A stretch of DNA of 64,000 bases. Origin: Eledone cirrhosa (taxonomy: Eukaryota). Position 1 is the stretch's first letter. Each line of letters opens with the position of its first letter. This document shows positions 1 through 10,849 of this stretch, piece by piece. The stretch is from NCBI GenBank assembly GCA_964016885.1, contig OZ024742.1, forward strand, positions 58,528,001 through 58,592,000, given 5' to 3'. The position numbers and the translations under genes are program-made. Under the pieces are notes generated by a model, which did not search any database, had not been told where the DNA came from, and saw nothing but the letters and a program-made list of their open reading frames with translations.

Positions 1-218
1 GTACTCCTCTTCCACGTGCGTCCGACTGCTTAACACCGGGAGCTGCCCAAAACGCGTCCTCACCGTATGCTGGTCACCACTAGAGAGAGGCCCTCTCCTG
101 GCCCTTCCGGTCGAGCATCCTTCCGGTCAAAGACCTCTTCCGGTCGAGCACTCAAAAACCCCTTCCGGTCGAGCACTCCCCCCCGCCCCCGGCCACCGCA
201 CGCCACACCATACCCACA
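1..218 (-). repeat. 3' LTR (partial)
   Basis: Matches 3934-4126 except for an extra ~25 bp of the internal cttccggtcgagca repeat. Begins TGTGGG on the minus strand. Confidence 0.93.
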
Positions 219-233
219 CGCCCCCCTGATCTC
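219..233 (-). promoter_or_regulatory. Polypurine tract (plus-strand priming site)
   Basis: Minus strand reads GAGATCAGGGGGGCG immediately before the 3' LTR TG. Confidence 0.7.
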
Positions 234-3102
234 AAGGATCAATTTCCCCCTCGTCCCTCTGCGTATGAAAGTCTGCCGTCCAGGTCGGTGGTCTACGACT
301 TCGTTGCGATCTTCGTAGTATTGGGGCAGGGCTCTGGGTTTCCACCTTATCTTGGGTTTCCTCTTCCTCGGAGTCCGTCGATACAGTGATTCTTCTTACA
401 TCCAGGACATGACATGGTACCCCGTCCACGGACACATTGTTCTTTGAATTTACGGCCGTCACCGTTCCCCTTCCCCATTGAGATGTGCACCGTGCATCTG
501 GGGGCTTAACCCAGACTTCTTCGACCACCTGCACGAATGCACTCTCTCTCCCCACTGGCCGTTGTGGTGGCGTGCACGGGTGCCGCCACTCGTATTTGAA
601 TACTGCTCTGTGTGGCACCGATTCCTCGACCTGTCCAACCCGAGGGGACATATTGTACCAGAACACTGCCTCCATTGGTGAGATATGGCCCCGCTCCGCC
701 ATTGCCTTGATCGTCCGGTGGTGTCGCTCCACGATTCCATTCCCACTCGGCCTGTGCGCCGCTCTGAAGAAACGGTCCACCTTCCATCCATCGAGCATCT
801 CCCTCAGTGCCTCCGAGCGGAACGCTGCGCTGTTGTTCATCAGCAGTTCATCCACAGGGCCCCGCTCCAAGAACACCTCTCTCAACGTCCGCACGATTTC
901 CTCGGCCGTTCCAGTTTCATCTCCCTCCATATCGCCATTCGACCTGGTCCACAGTCGACCATCGAGAGGTACGTTCCCTGCCGGTAGTGCGTCACATCCA
1001 CCGCTAATCGCTTCCAGTCGCGATCCACCGGGAGGCTTCCCGTTTCGTGTACACCTGGGGCGGGATCAATGGACTGACATCAGACGCAGCCTCTAACCAC
1101 CCCCCGAACACTGTGTCTGCTAATGTCCGAGTCGATTCTCCTGGCTAGGAACAGGCTCCTATCCACCCCCATGTGGTGCATGTCATGCAACCCCTTCAGG
1201 TCTAACTCGGTCAGCCGACACACGGCAGCTATCTCATCCTCTACCTCCTCCGGCGCTTCCATCCAGGCTTTCTTCACTCTAGTTAAGATGTCCACCCTAT
1301 TTTTCTCTGAGGGCACGAACACTACGCTCAGCTTCAAGTCGAACTCGGTGGCCAGCTCTCCTAACGTTCCAGGCGGCGCTTTATCAGCATCTCCGCCGCG
1401 CCTCTCGTTCGCACTCTCTTCTCACTGGTGAGCACTGATCTTACCCATCCGAGTACGGTAGCCGAATCGGTGCGTATCTCGATGGTGCGCAGCCCCCACC
1501 GCAGGGCGAGGTTCACCCCTCTCAACACCGCGTCCAGCTCGGCCACATTGATGTGGCTGCAGTTGTCCTTCTTTCTAAGCCAGGCTGCATCCTCGACTTC
1601 AACACCTCCTATCTCCAACGTGACACCCAGCGCTATGCTGCTGGCATCGCACCATACAGTCCCGCTCCGTGATTTGGGAACGTACCAGCGTCCCCGCACT
1701 GGGTCGTCGGCCTTCACCCTCCCCACGATCTCCTGCATCATGGCCACTGTTCTCTCTCCCACTCTGTCACTCCAAGTCACCCCTCCCGATCGTCTCTTGA
1801 CATAGCTGCATGCCGTCCGGAGCCACCCAGCGATCGGGTAGTGACCCACCAGCTTTCCACACACCGAGAAAAGCTCCCGCCTATTCATACTTGGGCCCAG
1901 TTCCGGAACTTCGTTTCCCCTCTGGAACACCAAAACGCCCGTCTTATCTCGCCGTAGCCTAAGTCCCAGCGCGGCTCCTCCCTCCAATGCTTCTGATGGC
2001 TTCGCAGTCAGTCCATACCTCCGCAAATGGCTCGTGACCTCCGCCGTCGACACCACAGACTCGTCCACTAGGATGTCGTCAATGTAGGAGTTAGTAGCCC
2101 TCTTTATCTTGTCGGCCCTCCCCAGAGCGGTCTTGAGGACCGCCGCCATGATCTTCGGTGCGGAGCTCAGCCCGAAACCGAGCCTGGTCAGGCAATATGT
2201 CCGGCCTTTGTACCTGACCAGCTGATACCGCCAGAGCTTCTCATCTATATGCAACTGCAAGTAAGCCGACTTTAGATCCACGCTGAACCCCCCGTCATGC
2301 GTCTCCACTCACGCAGGGTTTCCCCACAGACATCCGTGACCTCGCCACCCGTGTGGCATGACACGTGCTCGTTCAGCTCTCGATAATCCAGCACCGGCCT
2401 CACCTTGCTCTTCGTGGGTTGCACCACCGCCATCAACGGCAATACTCCGCACTTCACCTCCTCCTTCCAGGGAAGCAGTATGCCCTCTTCGATCCATCTC
2501 TCTACATCTCGCTCGAACTCGCCCCTAGCGTTTCCCTTCAATGTGTGTTGATAGCAGCCCACTTTGGTCTTCAGTGTTGGTGGTTCTCCCTTCCAGTACC
2601 ACTCAACAACCCATCGCTGCCCATCAAACACGGCCTTGAAGTCCTTGTCCTGTACAGTGTAAGCGGGGTATTGCTCCTCGTGGGCCTTCTGGTTCTCATG
2701 ACGTGCACTCACAGCGCATGCCGATGCAGCGGCGCCAAACGACACACCGACATTGTTCACCGTGACGCCCCCTAGACGGCCAATCGCGTCCATGCCCATA
2801 ACGACGCCGATCCCATCCACCACACTGTCTACCATGATGGCGGAAAACCTTATCGTCCTTCCCCGTACCGCTATTTCCATCTCGCTGCGACCTCGGCATT
2901 CAATTTTCCTGCCGTCAACTGCCCATACGCTGCTCTTCCCTCCCCACCTCTGCGCAACCCCCGCGGTCACCAGTGTCGTCGTACAGCCCGTATCCACGAG
3001 GGCTCGCTGTGGCTTCCCCCTCACGAAGACTTCCACCACGGGCAGCGCCGCTACTCGTAAGGGGCAACTACCGGCGCAGTAGTTCCCCTTGGGCCGTTTC
3101 CC
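232..3102 (-). pseudogene. pol: pol (protease, RT, RNase H, HHCC/DDE integrase), broken by several frameshifts
   Basis: ORFs 2272-3039, 1361-2308, 1080-1337 and 232-930 carry consecutive domains in different frames. Confidence 0.9.
3045..3102 (-). promoter_or_regulatory. Programmed -1 ribosomal frameshift signal (G_GGA_AAC plus H-type pseudoknot)
   Basis: Slippery heptamer in the gag frame (3096-3102), 7-nt spacer, stem 1 GGGG-AACTAC/GTAGTT-g-CCCC, loop GCGCCG complementary to downstream CGGCGC. The -1 frame runs stop-free into the protease ORF. Confidence 0.85.
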
Positions 3103-3797
3103 TGGTCGCAGTTAGTAGCGATGTGGCCTGGTCGCTTACACCGGTAGCAAATTATATCCGGCTTCGACTCTCTACAGTCTCTAGCCATATGCGGGCCGTG
3201 ACACCTAAATTCTCGCGAACGGCCGCGTGCCGAGGTTGCCTCCCTTTGACCATTTCGCTGCCAGGTGTCCTGAGCCTCCATAGTCGCTATCGCCGCGACA
3301 CTCTTTTTGGCATCTTCCACTATGATCCGGGCTTGTTCCACCAGTGAACGCATTTCCATCTCCTTGTACCCCGGGACTTACTGCAGTTACACCGCTATGT
3401 CGTCCGGAAATCCATTGATGAATGCCAACCGCACCGTGCGTTCGCATTCTGCCTGGTATCCCGCCAACATAGCCAACCACCTTATTTCCACTGCGAAAAT
3501 GTCGACGCGCTCACCATTCCACCTGATTTTCACCAGCTTAGCAAAAGCCGCCAACGGTCCCTCGGCGAATGCATCCATCAGACGCCTCTCAATCTTCTGC
3601 ACATCTCTTTGGCTGTGCTCGTCCAACTCAAGGAAGAGTACCAACGCGTCGCCCTCGAGGTACAATGCAATGAGACCGGCCACGTCTTCTATCTTCTGCA
3701 AGCCCGCGACCAGCCGAACCTTCCGCAGCCAAGCGACAACATCACCTTCCCCGGTGAATGGCCTGATAGCTTCGTTCATCCGTAGTCTTGTCGCCAT
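3051..3797 (-). pseudogene. gag: gag with zinc knuckle; two in-frame TAA stops near 3380-3389
   Basis: ORFs 3387-3797 and 3051-3359 are in the same frame, separated by two TAA codons. CX2CX4HX4C near the C-terminus. Confidence 0.85.
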
Positions 3798-3871
3798 CTT
3801 CTGATTTGTTTTGCGGCAAGTGTTTTCTTTTTTTTTTTCTTTTTTTTTTTTTTTCAGTCGCCGAAATAGCT

Positions 3872-4126
3872 TGTGGTTAGAAAAAGCTATCTCACTTACC
3901 GCTTTTCACAGGCGCTGCTAAATTCCACTGCAGGTACTCCTCTTCCACGTGCGTCCGACTGCTTAACACCGGGAGCTGCCCAAAACGCGTCCTCACCGTA
4001 TGCTGGTCACCACTAGAGAGAGGCCCTCTCCTGGCCCTTCCGGTCGAGCATCCTTCCGGTCAAAGACCCCTTCCGGTCGAGCACTCCCCCCCGCCCCCGG
4101 CCACCGCACGCCACACCATACCCACA
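3872..4126 (-). repeat. 5' LTR (~255 bp)
   Basis: Termini TGTGGGTA...TAACCACA form an imperfect inverted repeat with TG..CA ends. Matches 1-218. Confidence 0.85.
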
Positions 4127-4773
4127 CCCTTAAACAGTGAGTAGTAAATACAGATCTCACACATACAATAAATAGTTATAAAATTAAAATAGTAGACAGA
4201 ATGTTTGAAAAACATAGGATAAACCCAATAAAGTTGTAGGAGCACTGTGGCATACAGCATGTCTTTGGCATTTGAAATCTGGTGGAGCCAATCCTGCTTC
4301 AGGTCTAAATGCAGCCAATTTCTTCCAGAGGAGAGAGAGAATGATAGAGATGTAATGAGAAAGAAATATAGAGGAAGAATAGACCCTAGTACTGAACTGG
4401 TACTTTTTTTTATTGATGACAAAAGGATGAAAGGCAAAGTTGACCTTGGTGAGATTTAAACTCAGAGAACAGAGCCAGAATGAACACTTCAAAGCATTCT
4501 ATCCAACATTCTAAAGGCAAATTCACTGCCTTACAGCTAGATGGACTGTGTCAAATACAGTTGAGTGTCTTAATCAAGTACACTGTAGAGCTGGTAGCCT
4601 GATACATCTTAATCAATCTTGAGAGTAAACTTATACATACAGACAGATACATATTGTTGCTATTGTCATTGTTGTTGTCGTCACCATTATTGTTGTTGTA
4701 GATTTTGCCGTTGTTATTGTCGTTGTAGTTGTTGTCATTGCCATTGTTATTGTTGTCATTGTTGTTGTTAACA

Positions 4774-5130
4774 GGGCGGTGGATTGGCAGACACTTTAAA
4801 GAACTTTGGACAGAATACATTGCGTATTTGTTCAAGTTCTATTTTAAGTCAATGGAATAAAGTACCAGTCATGTGCTGGGTTAATATAATCAATTAACTT
4901 CTTTTAAATTGCTGGTCTTGTGCCTAAATTGGAAACCATTATTGGCAGTATCGGTAGAGGGTCGGACGCCATGCTTTGCAGCACAGTTACATCCCTTTAT
5001 GGACTGAGTTCAAATCCCGCCAAGGTTAACTTTGCCTTTCATCCTTACGGGGTCGGTCGATAAAATAAAGTACCAGTAATACACTGGGATAATTGCTGGT
5101 CTTGTGCCAAAAGTAGAAACAATTATTATT
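4774..5130 (+). mobile_element. Tandem tRNA-derived SINEs (Meta-domain-like family) with (ATT)n tail
   Basis: gagttcaaatcc B-box and cctttcatccttacggggtc..gataaaataaagtaccag central block. 3' end cttgtgccaaaagtagaaacaattattatt. Many copies in the window. Confidence 0.8.
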
Positions 5131-5142
5131 GTTGTTGTTTTT

Positions 5143-8100
5143 AAGACAGCCTCCTCTCTGCCCATTTCTGGGTGAGAGAATCCACCCTGCTCGTCACCTC
5201 GCTCCAGTTTTTCTCCATCTGGAGGTCCGGACTGAACCAGACCCAGAGCAATTTAACCAGTCATTCCGTCCAGCGCCCCACGACGCTGTCGGATGGCATG
5301 GACCTGCCTCTCCAGGTGCCGAGCTGCAAGCCCACCGACTTTTCCTGGTTTATCTTTGCTCCTGTCACCGCTTCGTATTCCTTGAGAGCGGTGCCGAGCA
5401 TCTGGACGTGTCTGGTGCTCGACACCACCAAGGTGACGTCGTCGGCGTAAGCCGATTCGGATTTCCTGCATCCTAGTTCGCGTGGGACGCCCCTCATTGC
5501 CCCCAGTTTGTGTAGTAACGGCTCGAGAGCCAGTACGTACAAGAGGGACAAGAGGGGACAACCTTGGCGGACCGAGTGCATGATGCTGAACGGCTGCGAC
5601 AGGTGACCATTCACCCTCACAACCGAGCAGATGTCGCTGTGCATCGCAGCGATCCAGCCTCTAAAAACGGGCCCAAAGCTGGCCACCTCGAGGACCGCAG
5701 ACAGGTACCGATGGTTGAACCTATCAAATGTTTTAGATTGATCCAAGTTGATCAGAACCCCACCCATACCAGGTTCCTTAATCACCCTCTCTATGATGTA
5801 TCACATGAGATGGAGGCTGTCACGGATGGATCTGTCTGGAATGGTGCAAATCTGCGCGTCTCCCACCAGATTACCGCCGACAAGCGCCAATCCCTTTGCT
5901 AACACCTTGGCCAAAATCTTGAACTCTGTGTTTAGCAGAGTTGTGGCCTGAAGTTGTCTATAACATCCCCTTTGTTCGGATCTTTTCTCAGCAGCGCCAC
6001 CACTCCCCGGCTCACAAAACTGGAAATGTTCCTGTTCTGCTGCCAGTTGCAGTAGACATCTGCCAAGAGGTCGCTGAACAAGACTGGCATGTATGCATAA
6101 CACTCGTAGGGTAGACCATCCAAACTTGGCGATTTACTCCTCGTGCAGTTAGACATCGCTTCCCGCATTTCACCTGCTGTTATCGGCCTTTCGCAGCACT
6201 GTGCTGTGGTCACTGAGAACCGCGGCAGTCTGTCAAGGTATGCACCGAAGTCCATACTCTGATCCTGTCTGCCGCCGCCCCCGAACAATCGAGCAAAGTG
6301 CTGTTGAAAAGCCGCACACATCTGCTTGGGTTCGAGCAATATGCGCCCATTTTGATCAGGCAAAGACCGTATTGTGGATTTGTTGTCACGCCTCCATCAC
6401 TCAGGCCCATTGAATGGCTTTCATCTCCCCGTGTCTCAGGGCACGCACTCTAGCTCTGACAATGCATCCTTCATGCTTTGCTTTGAAGAATTGGTCGAGT
6501 GCCAATCTCGCCGCAAGCACGTCGGTTGCGATGCCTGTCCTAAACGCCTCTGTCTCTGAAAAGTCGGGCGGAGATGGCGAATGCATACATCACGTCCGTC
6601 ATCTGCTACCGCCTGACCATGGTACCTTGCTCCCGTCCAACTCTGACCAAAATGGAGCGCTTTCTCTTTCGCTTTTTGTGGAAGGGAAGTGCTCCCATGG
6701 TCAAACAATCCATCTGCTGTCAACACCCGTTGCATGGAAGACTGGGCATGCCGTGGCTAATGATGCGCAAACATGCGCTAAGGCTGCAATATCTCTGGTG
6801 CTTCCTTGACGGTGAACAGGTGTGGTCGCCGTTTGCCAGACACGCTTTTCCCCAGCTCATCTCCTTGATGGAACTGCAGTCCTGGATCAGAAAAAGACTG
6901 AGGGATAGCGCTTGGAAGCTGGAATGTCTCCAGGCGCTCACCGCCCTCTACCAGCTGGGCACTGATATCGGTAGAACATCCACCTTGGTGTTCTATAGAG
7001 GGTTAGTGGAGGGGAAGAGCAACAGCTGTTTGCTCTCTTCAAAAGAACTTTCAGCCCGAGGCCTATGGACAATTTCCAGAAATCCCTGACCTGGCAGTGT
7101 TACCGAGGAGCGTTGCTAGTTTGGGATAAGCTTTACAGACATGGAGGTGCCGTCAGCCGAGCCTGTCCGAGATGCATGCAGGATGATGAAATCATCCTGC
7201 ACGCACTCGTTCAGTGCCCGAGAATTGCTGACTTGTGGAGCTATGTCGAACAGTTGCTGTCGCGTGTAGGATGGATCCGGTTATCGACTGAGTCTATTGT
7301 GCAGATAGCCCCACCATCCTCCTTTAAAGAGGAGGAAGGACAAGCAATCTTCATCTGCCTGGTGGCCATGACGAAAGAGATTGTGAGGTGGACAAGGTTG
7401 AAAGGGTTGAAAACGGACACTTTCCTCTCCAGCCAATCCCTGATTAACTTTTTCAAGTTTCACTTGAAGAGGAAAATCAGGGTGGAAAGGCAAGTGCTGT
7501 TTTCTAGTAAGTTTGTTGAAAGGTGGGTGAAAGTGGCGAATCTGGTTCGAGTGAACAGGTCCACTCTGAGTATGCGCCTGTAGACTGAGGAGTGGGAAAA
7601 CTGAGAGAGGGCACTTGCCCTGGTGGTCAGGGTGGCCGTAGTCTTTTGTGTGGTTTTCGCCATGAGTGACCCTCGGAAGCTTCCCTCTTATTGGGGAATT
7701 TTTGTTATTTGAATTTTATTTATTTTACATTTTCTGCCTTTTATAACCTTTTTATGGAGGCCCATGGCTTAGTGGTTAGAGCATTGGGCTTGCAATCGAA
7801 ATGTTGTGAGTTCAATTCTCAGACTGGGTGATGTGTTGTTTCCTTGAGCAAGACACTTTATTTCACTTTGCTCCAGTTTACTCAGCTGTAGAAATGTGAT
7901 AATAGGAACTGGGGTCCCTATCATTCCACTGAAAAATGGTCGTGGAGGTGCTACGGCAAAAAAAGCACCCAGACCACACTGTAAAGTGGACTTGTAGGCG
8001 CCACGGAAAAAAAAGCACCCAGCACTCACTGTAAATGAGGTTGGTGTTAGGAAGGGCATCCAGCTGTAGATATCAAGCCAGAATCGGTTCCCGTCCCACC

Positions 8101-8216
8101 CTTGCAAGCAGGGAAAAGTAGACATAAAATGATGATGATGAAAACCCACTTTGTATCGTCCTGTGCCGTCTGTAATGTTTTTCTTCAAGTTAGCCCTTGT
8201 GGCCAATAAAGAAACC
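5143..8216 (+). mobile_element. Tx1/L1-clade LINE, 5'-truncated, with inverted 5' segment (5143-6549 on minus, 6550-8216 on plus)
   Basis: Minus part: linker and RT (LINLDQSKTFDR, SVRQGCPL, YADDVT). Plus part: post-RT region and CCHC (CPRC..HALVQC), then 3' UTR with AATAAA and (ATT)n. Candidate TSD attattattgttgttgtt at 5122-5139 and 8217-8234. Confidence 0.88.
7756..8140 (+). mobile_element. tRNA-derived CORE-type SINE with RTE-derived 3' tail, nested in the Tx1 3' UTR
   Basis: A-box tggcttagtggttagagc, B-box gagttcaattc, core ccttgagcaagacacttta. The 3' part matches the RTE 3' UTR at ~32070-32340. (GAT)n tail. Confidence 0.85.
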
Positions 8217-8229
8217 ATTATTATTGTTG

Positions 8230-8282
<53 letters not shown>

Positions 8283-8505
8283 GAGCGGTGGATTGGCAGT
8301 ATCGGTAAAGTGTCGGAAACCACACTTTGCAGCATAGAGTTACGGCCCTTTACGTTCTGAATTCAAATCCCGCTGGGGATAGCTTTGCCTTTCGTTTTTA
8401 CGGTGTTGATAAAATGAAGCACCAATAATTACTGGTGTCAATTTAATCAACTTTCCCCACCCCTAAAATCACTGGCCTTGTGCCTAAATCAGAAACTATT
8501 ATTAT
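8283..8505 (+). mobile_element. Meta-domain-like SINE
   Basis: Same family as 26236-26428. Starts directly after an (ATT)n run. Confidence 0.8.
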
Positions 8506-8572
8506 TTATTATTATTGCTATCATCATTGTATTTATTTATTACCATTTATTTTTCATTCCTTTCCAAAAATA

Positions 8573-9209
8573 TTGGGTTGGTGCATAATTATTGCGGCAA
8601 ATCGGTAAAAATTCGGACATGTTCGGCTTTGTTGTTATCGGAGAGTTCGTTGGGGACCCACCCAGCCAATTTCCATACTTTTCCAAGCTTTTTGAGACAA
8701 TGAACGATGGTTGAATGGTTCACATTGACATCTTTGGCCAACATTCTCGTTGTCAAGCTTTCGTCCTCTTCCACGGCTGCCAAAAGTGCCTGGTCGTTGA
8801 AATTTGATGGTCGACCTCTTCCTTTTTCATCTGCAAGGTTTGTATCGCCCAATTTGAACCTCCTGAACCATCTTTCAACTTGGCTTTTGCTGATTGTTCC
8901 TTCACCAAAAAGTTAATTGAGATCGCGAAATGACTGAGGCTGCATTCCAACCTTTCTCGAAGTGGTAGAGCATATGACGAATGAGGATATGATTTTCGAT
9001 ATGCATTCTGAAAAGAGAAAAACCCGATTGTCATTTAAAGATGTTTTTGTTAAATATTGTTATTGTTTTTGTTAAATATTGTTATTGTTTTTGTTAAATA
9101 TTGTTATTGTTTTTGTTAAATATTGTTATTGTTTTTGTTAAATATTGTTATTGTTTTTGTTAAATAAAATTTGTTGAAAAAAAGCCGCAATAATTATGCA
9201 CCAATCCAA
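8573..9209 (-). mobile_element. Internally deleted mariner transposon
   Basis: 26-bp TIRs ttgggttggtgcataattattgcggc / gccgcaataattatgcaccaatccaa with TA on both sides. Transposase N-terminal half with GRGRP and WVPNELS (WVPHEL motif); catalytic domain missing. Confidence 0.92.
9043..9165. repeat. 22-bp tandem repeat (~5.5 copies) inside the mariner 5' region
   Basis: Unit gttaaatattgttattgttttt. Confidence 0.9.
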
Positions 9210-9364
9210 TAATAAGGTCATTGTTATATCTCAAGGTGTGTATAATGCATGGCTCTGTATGTATATAGGAGTATATGAGTGTTTATTCCTGTATGTAATG
9301 CATGTGTGTGTGTAGTTTGTTTTATTTGCATATGCCCTGTACCAATATTCCTTTTTTCTTTTTC

Positions 9365-9396
<32 letters not shown>

Positions 9397-9889
9397 TTTT
9401 TTCTCTTTCTTTCTTTTTTTTTTATAACTTTATTGCAATCGAATATATGAAGGTCTTGATGTGAAGGTGTAATGTGTAAAAGCCAGGAAGCACTTGTGTA
9501 AGTCTTTACATTATTTGTCAACTAAATCTTTATATTTTAATATCCTACTCCTAGCTGACTCTTTTGATGTACTAAATAAAAGTAATGTTATATTGAAGAA
9601 AAGCAGAAGAAAAATCCCACACAGAAATGCCTAATAAATTTGAAGCCTTTGTCAAGTAGGTTAACATTACTTACACGATATTGAATTTTGTTGATTTTTG
9701 TTTTTGTTTAGAAATATATATGTGTCGGTGTATGTATATGTGTATGTATGTATGAGTACATGTGAATGTGTCTATATGTAGTGTGTGTGTGATCATTTGA
9801 TTCTCCCTAAAAATAGAAGGAATTTATTTAAACACAGTGTTTTTTTTCCCCCCAAATGAAATAAATAAATGCTATAATAAAATGTAATG

Positions 9890-10350
9890 GAGCTTTGTTG
9901 GTTCTGACAGAGAGTGTTTCAGTTGTTTGATCAACAGGACAGCCTGTTAATGAAATTAACATGTAAGTGGCTGAGCATTCCACAGACACTTAACATAATT
10001 CTCAGGAAGATTAAGCATGACACAGTATGTGACAAGGCTGACTCTTTGAATTACAGGTACAGTCCATTTTGTATTATAGTGTAGGTGGCTGACCATTCCA
10101 TTGACACAAGTACCTTTAACATAATTCTTGGATGAGATTCAGCATGACAAAGAATGTGACAATGTTGCCCTTTTCAATTACAGGTACAGTCCATCTGACA
10201 AGTTTCCAAACAGTTTCTGACTGCCTGATTTCACTCGCAAGGATTCAGTCAATCCAAGACTATAGTAATTGACACTTGCCTAAAATGCCCTGCAATGGGA
10301 TTGAACCTAAGACTTTATGATTGCTAAGCAAACTTTTCTATCATTAAGCC
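9890..10350 (-). mobile_element. Old CORE-type SINE family copy (related copies near 14280-14670, 19210-19560, 63300-63520)
   Basis: gacacttgcctaa / gggattgaacc motifs and the shared gtggctgagcattccacagacac body. Confidence 0.6.
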
Positions 10351-10849
10351 TTACTGTGCACTCAATGTTATAATGATACTAACATAAAAGACTAAATAAA
10401 CATTAGAGCTTATTTGATTGTTATGTACCAATTCAGCACCTGTTAAGTCTTTTGATACCAAACTGCCTGAAACTGCTCCTTGTTCTATGATACAAAACTG
10501 TTTATTTTAAAGTGTTTATATTTATCTAAAAACTTTCCATCATAATTTTATGTAAGAACTTTTATTATATGTTCTAAGTACCAGCTTAATAATGGGAAAG
10601 TTAGTTATATTTAGGCATTGAAGGCAGAGGATGTGCAAATGCTAGAGAGAAGTGAGGTGAACATATTCTGTTGGATGTGTAATGTTAATGTTGCATATAT
10701 ATAAGAAATCTCAATTGAGAAAAATGGTGTGTGAGAGGGACTAGATTTAGTATGCAAGAGAGAAGGCTGAGCTGGTATGGACATGTAATATATATATAGA
10801 TGATGACTATTTGATGAAGAAATGTCAGGAATTTCAAGTGGAAGAAAGC

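Larger units (their letters stand above)
1..4126 (-). mobile_element. LTR retrotransposon, Ty3/Gypsy domain order (gag-PR-RT-RH-IN), decayed; 3' LTR cut by window start
   Basis: Direct repeats at 1-218 and 3934-4126. Minus-strand ORF pieces show a CCHC knuckle (CYRCKRPGHIATNC), protease LVDTGC, RT VDLKSAYLQL/YIDDIL, RNase H WCDAS..NVAELDA..TDS and integrase GNGIVERHHRTIK. Much more GC-rich than the flanks. Confidence 0.95.
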
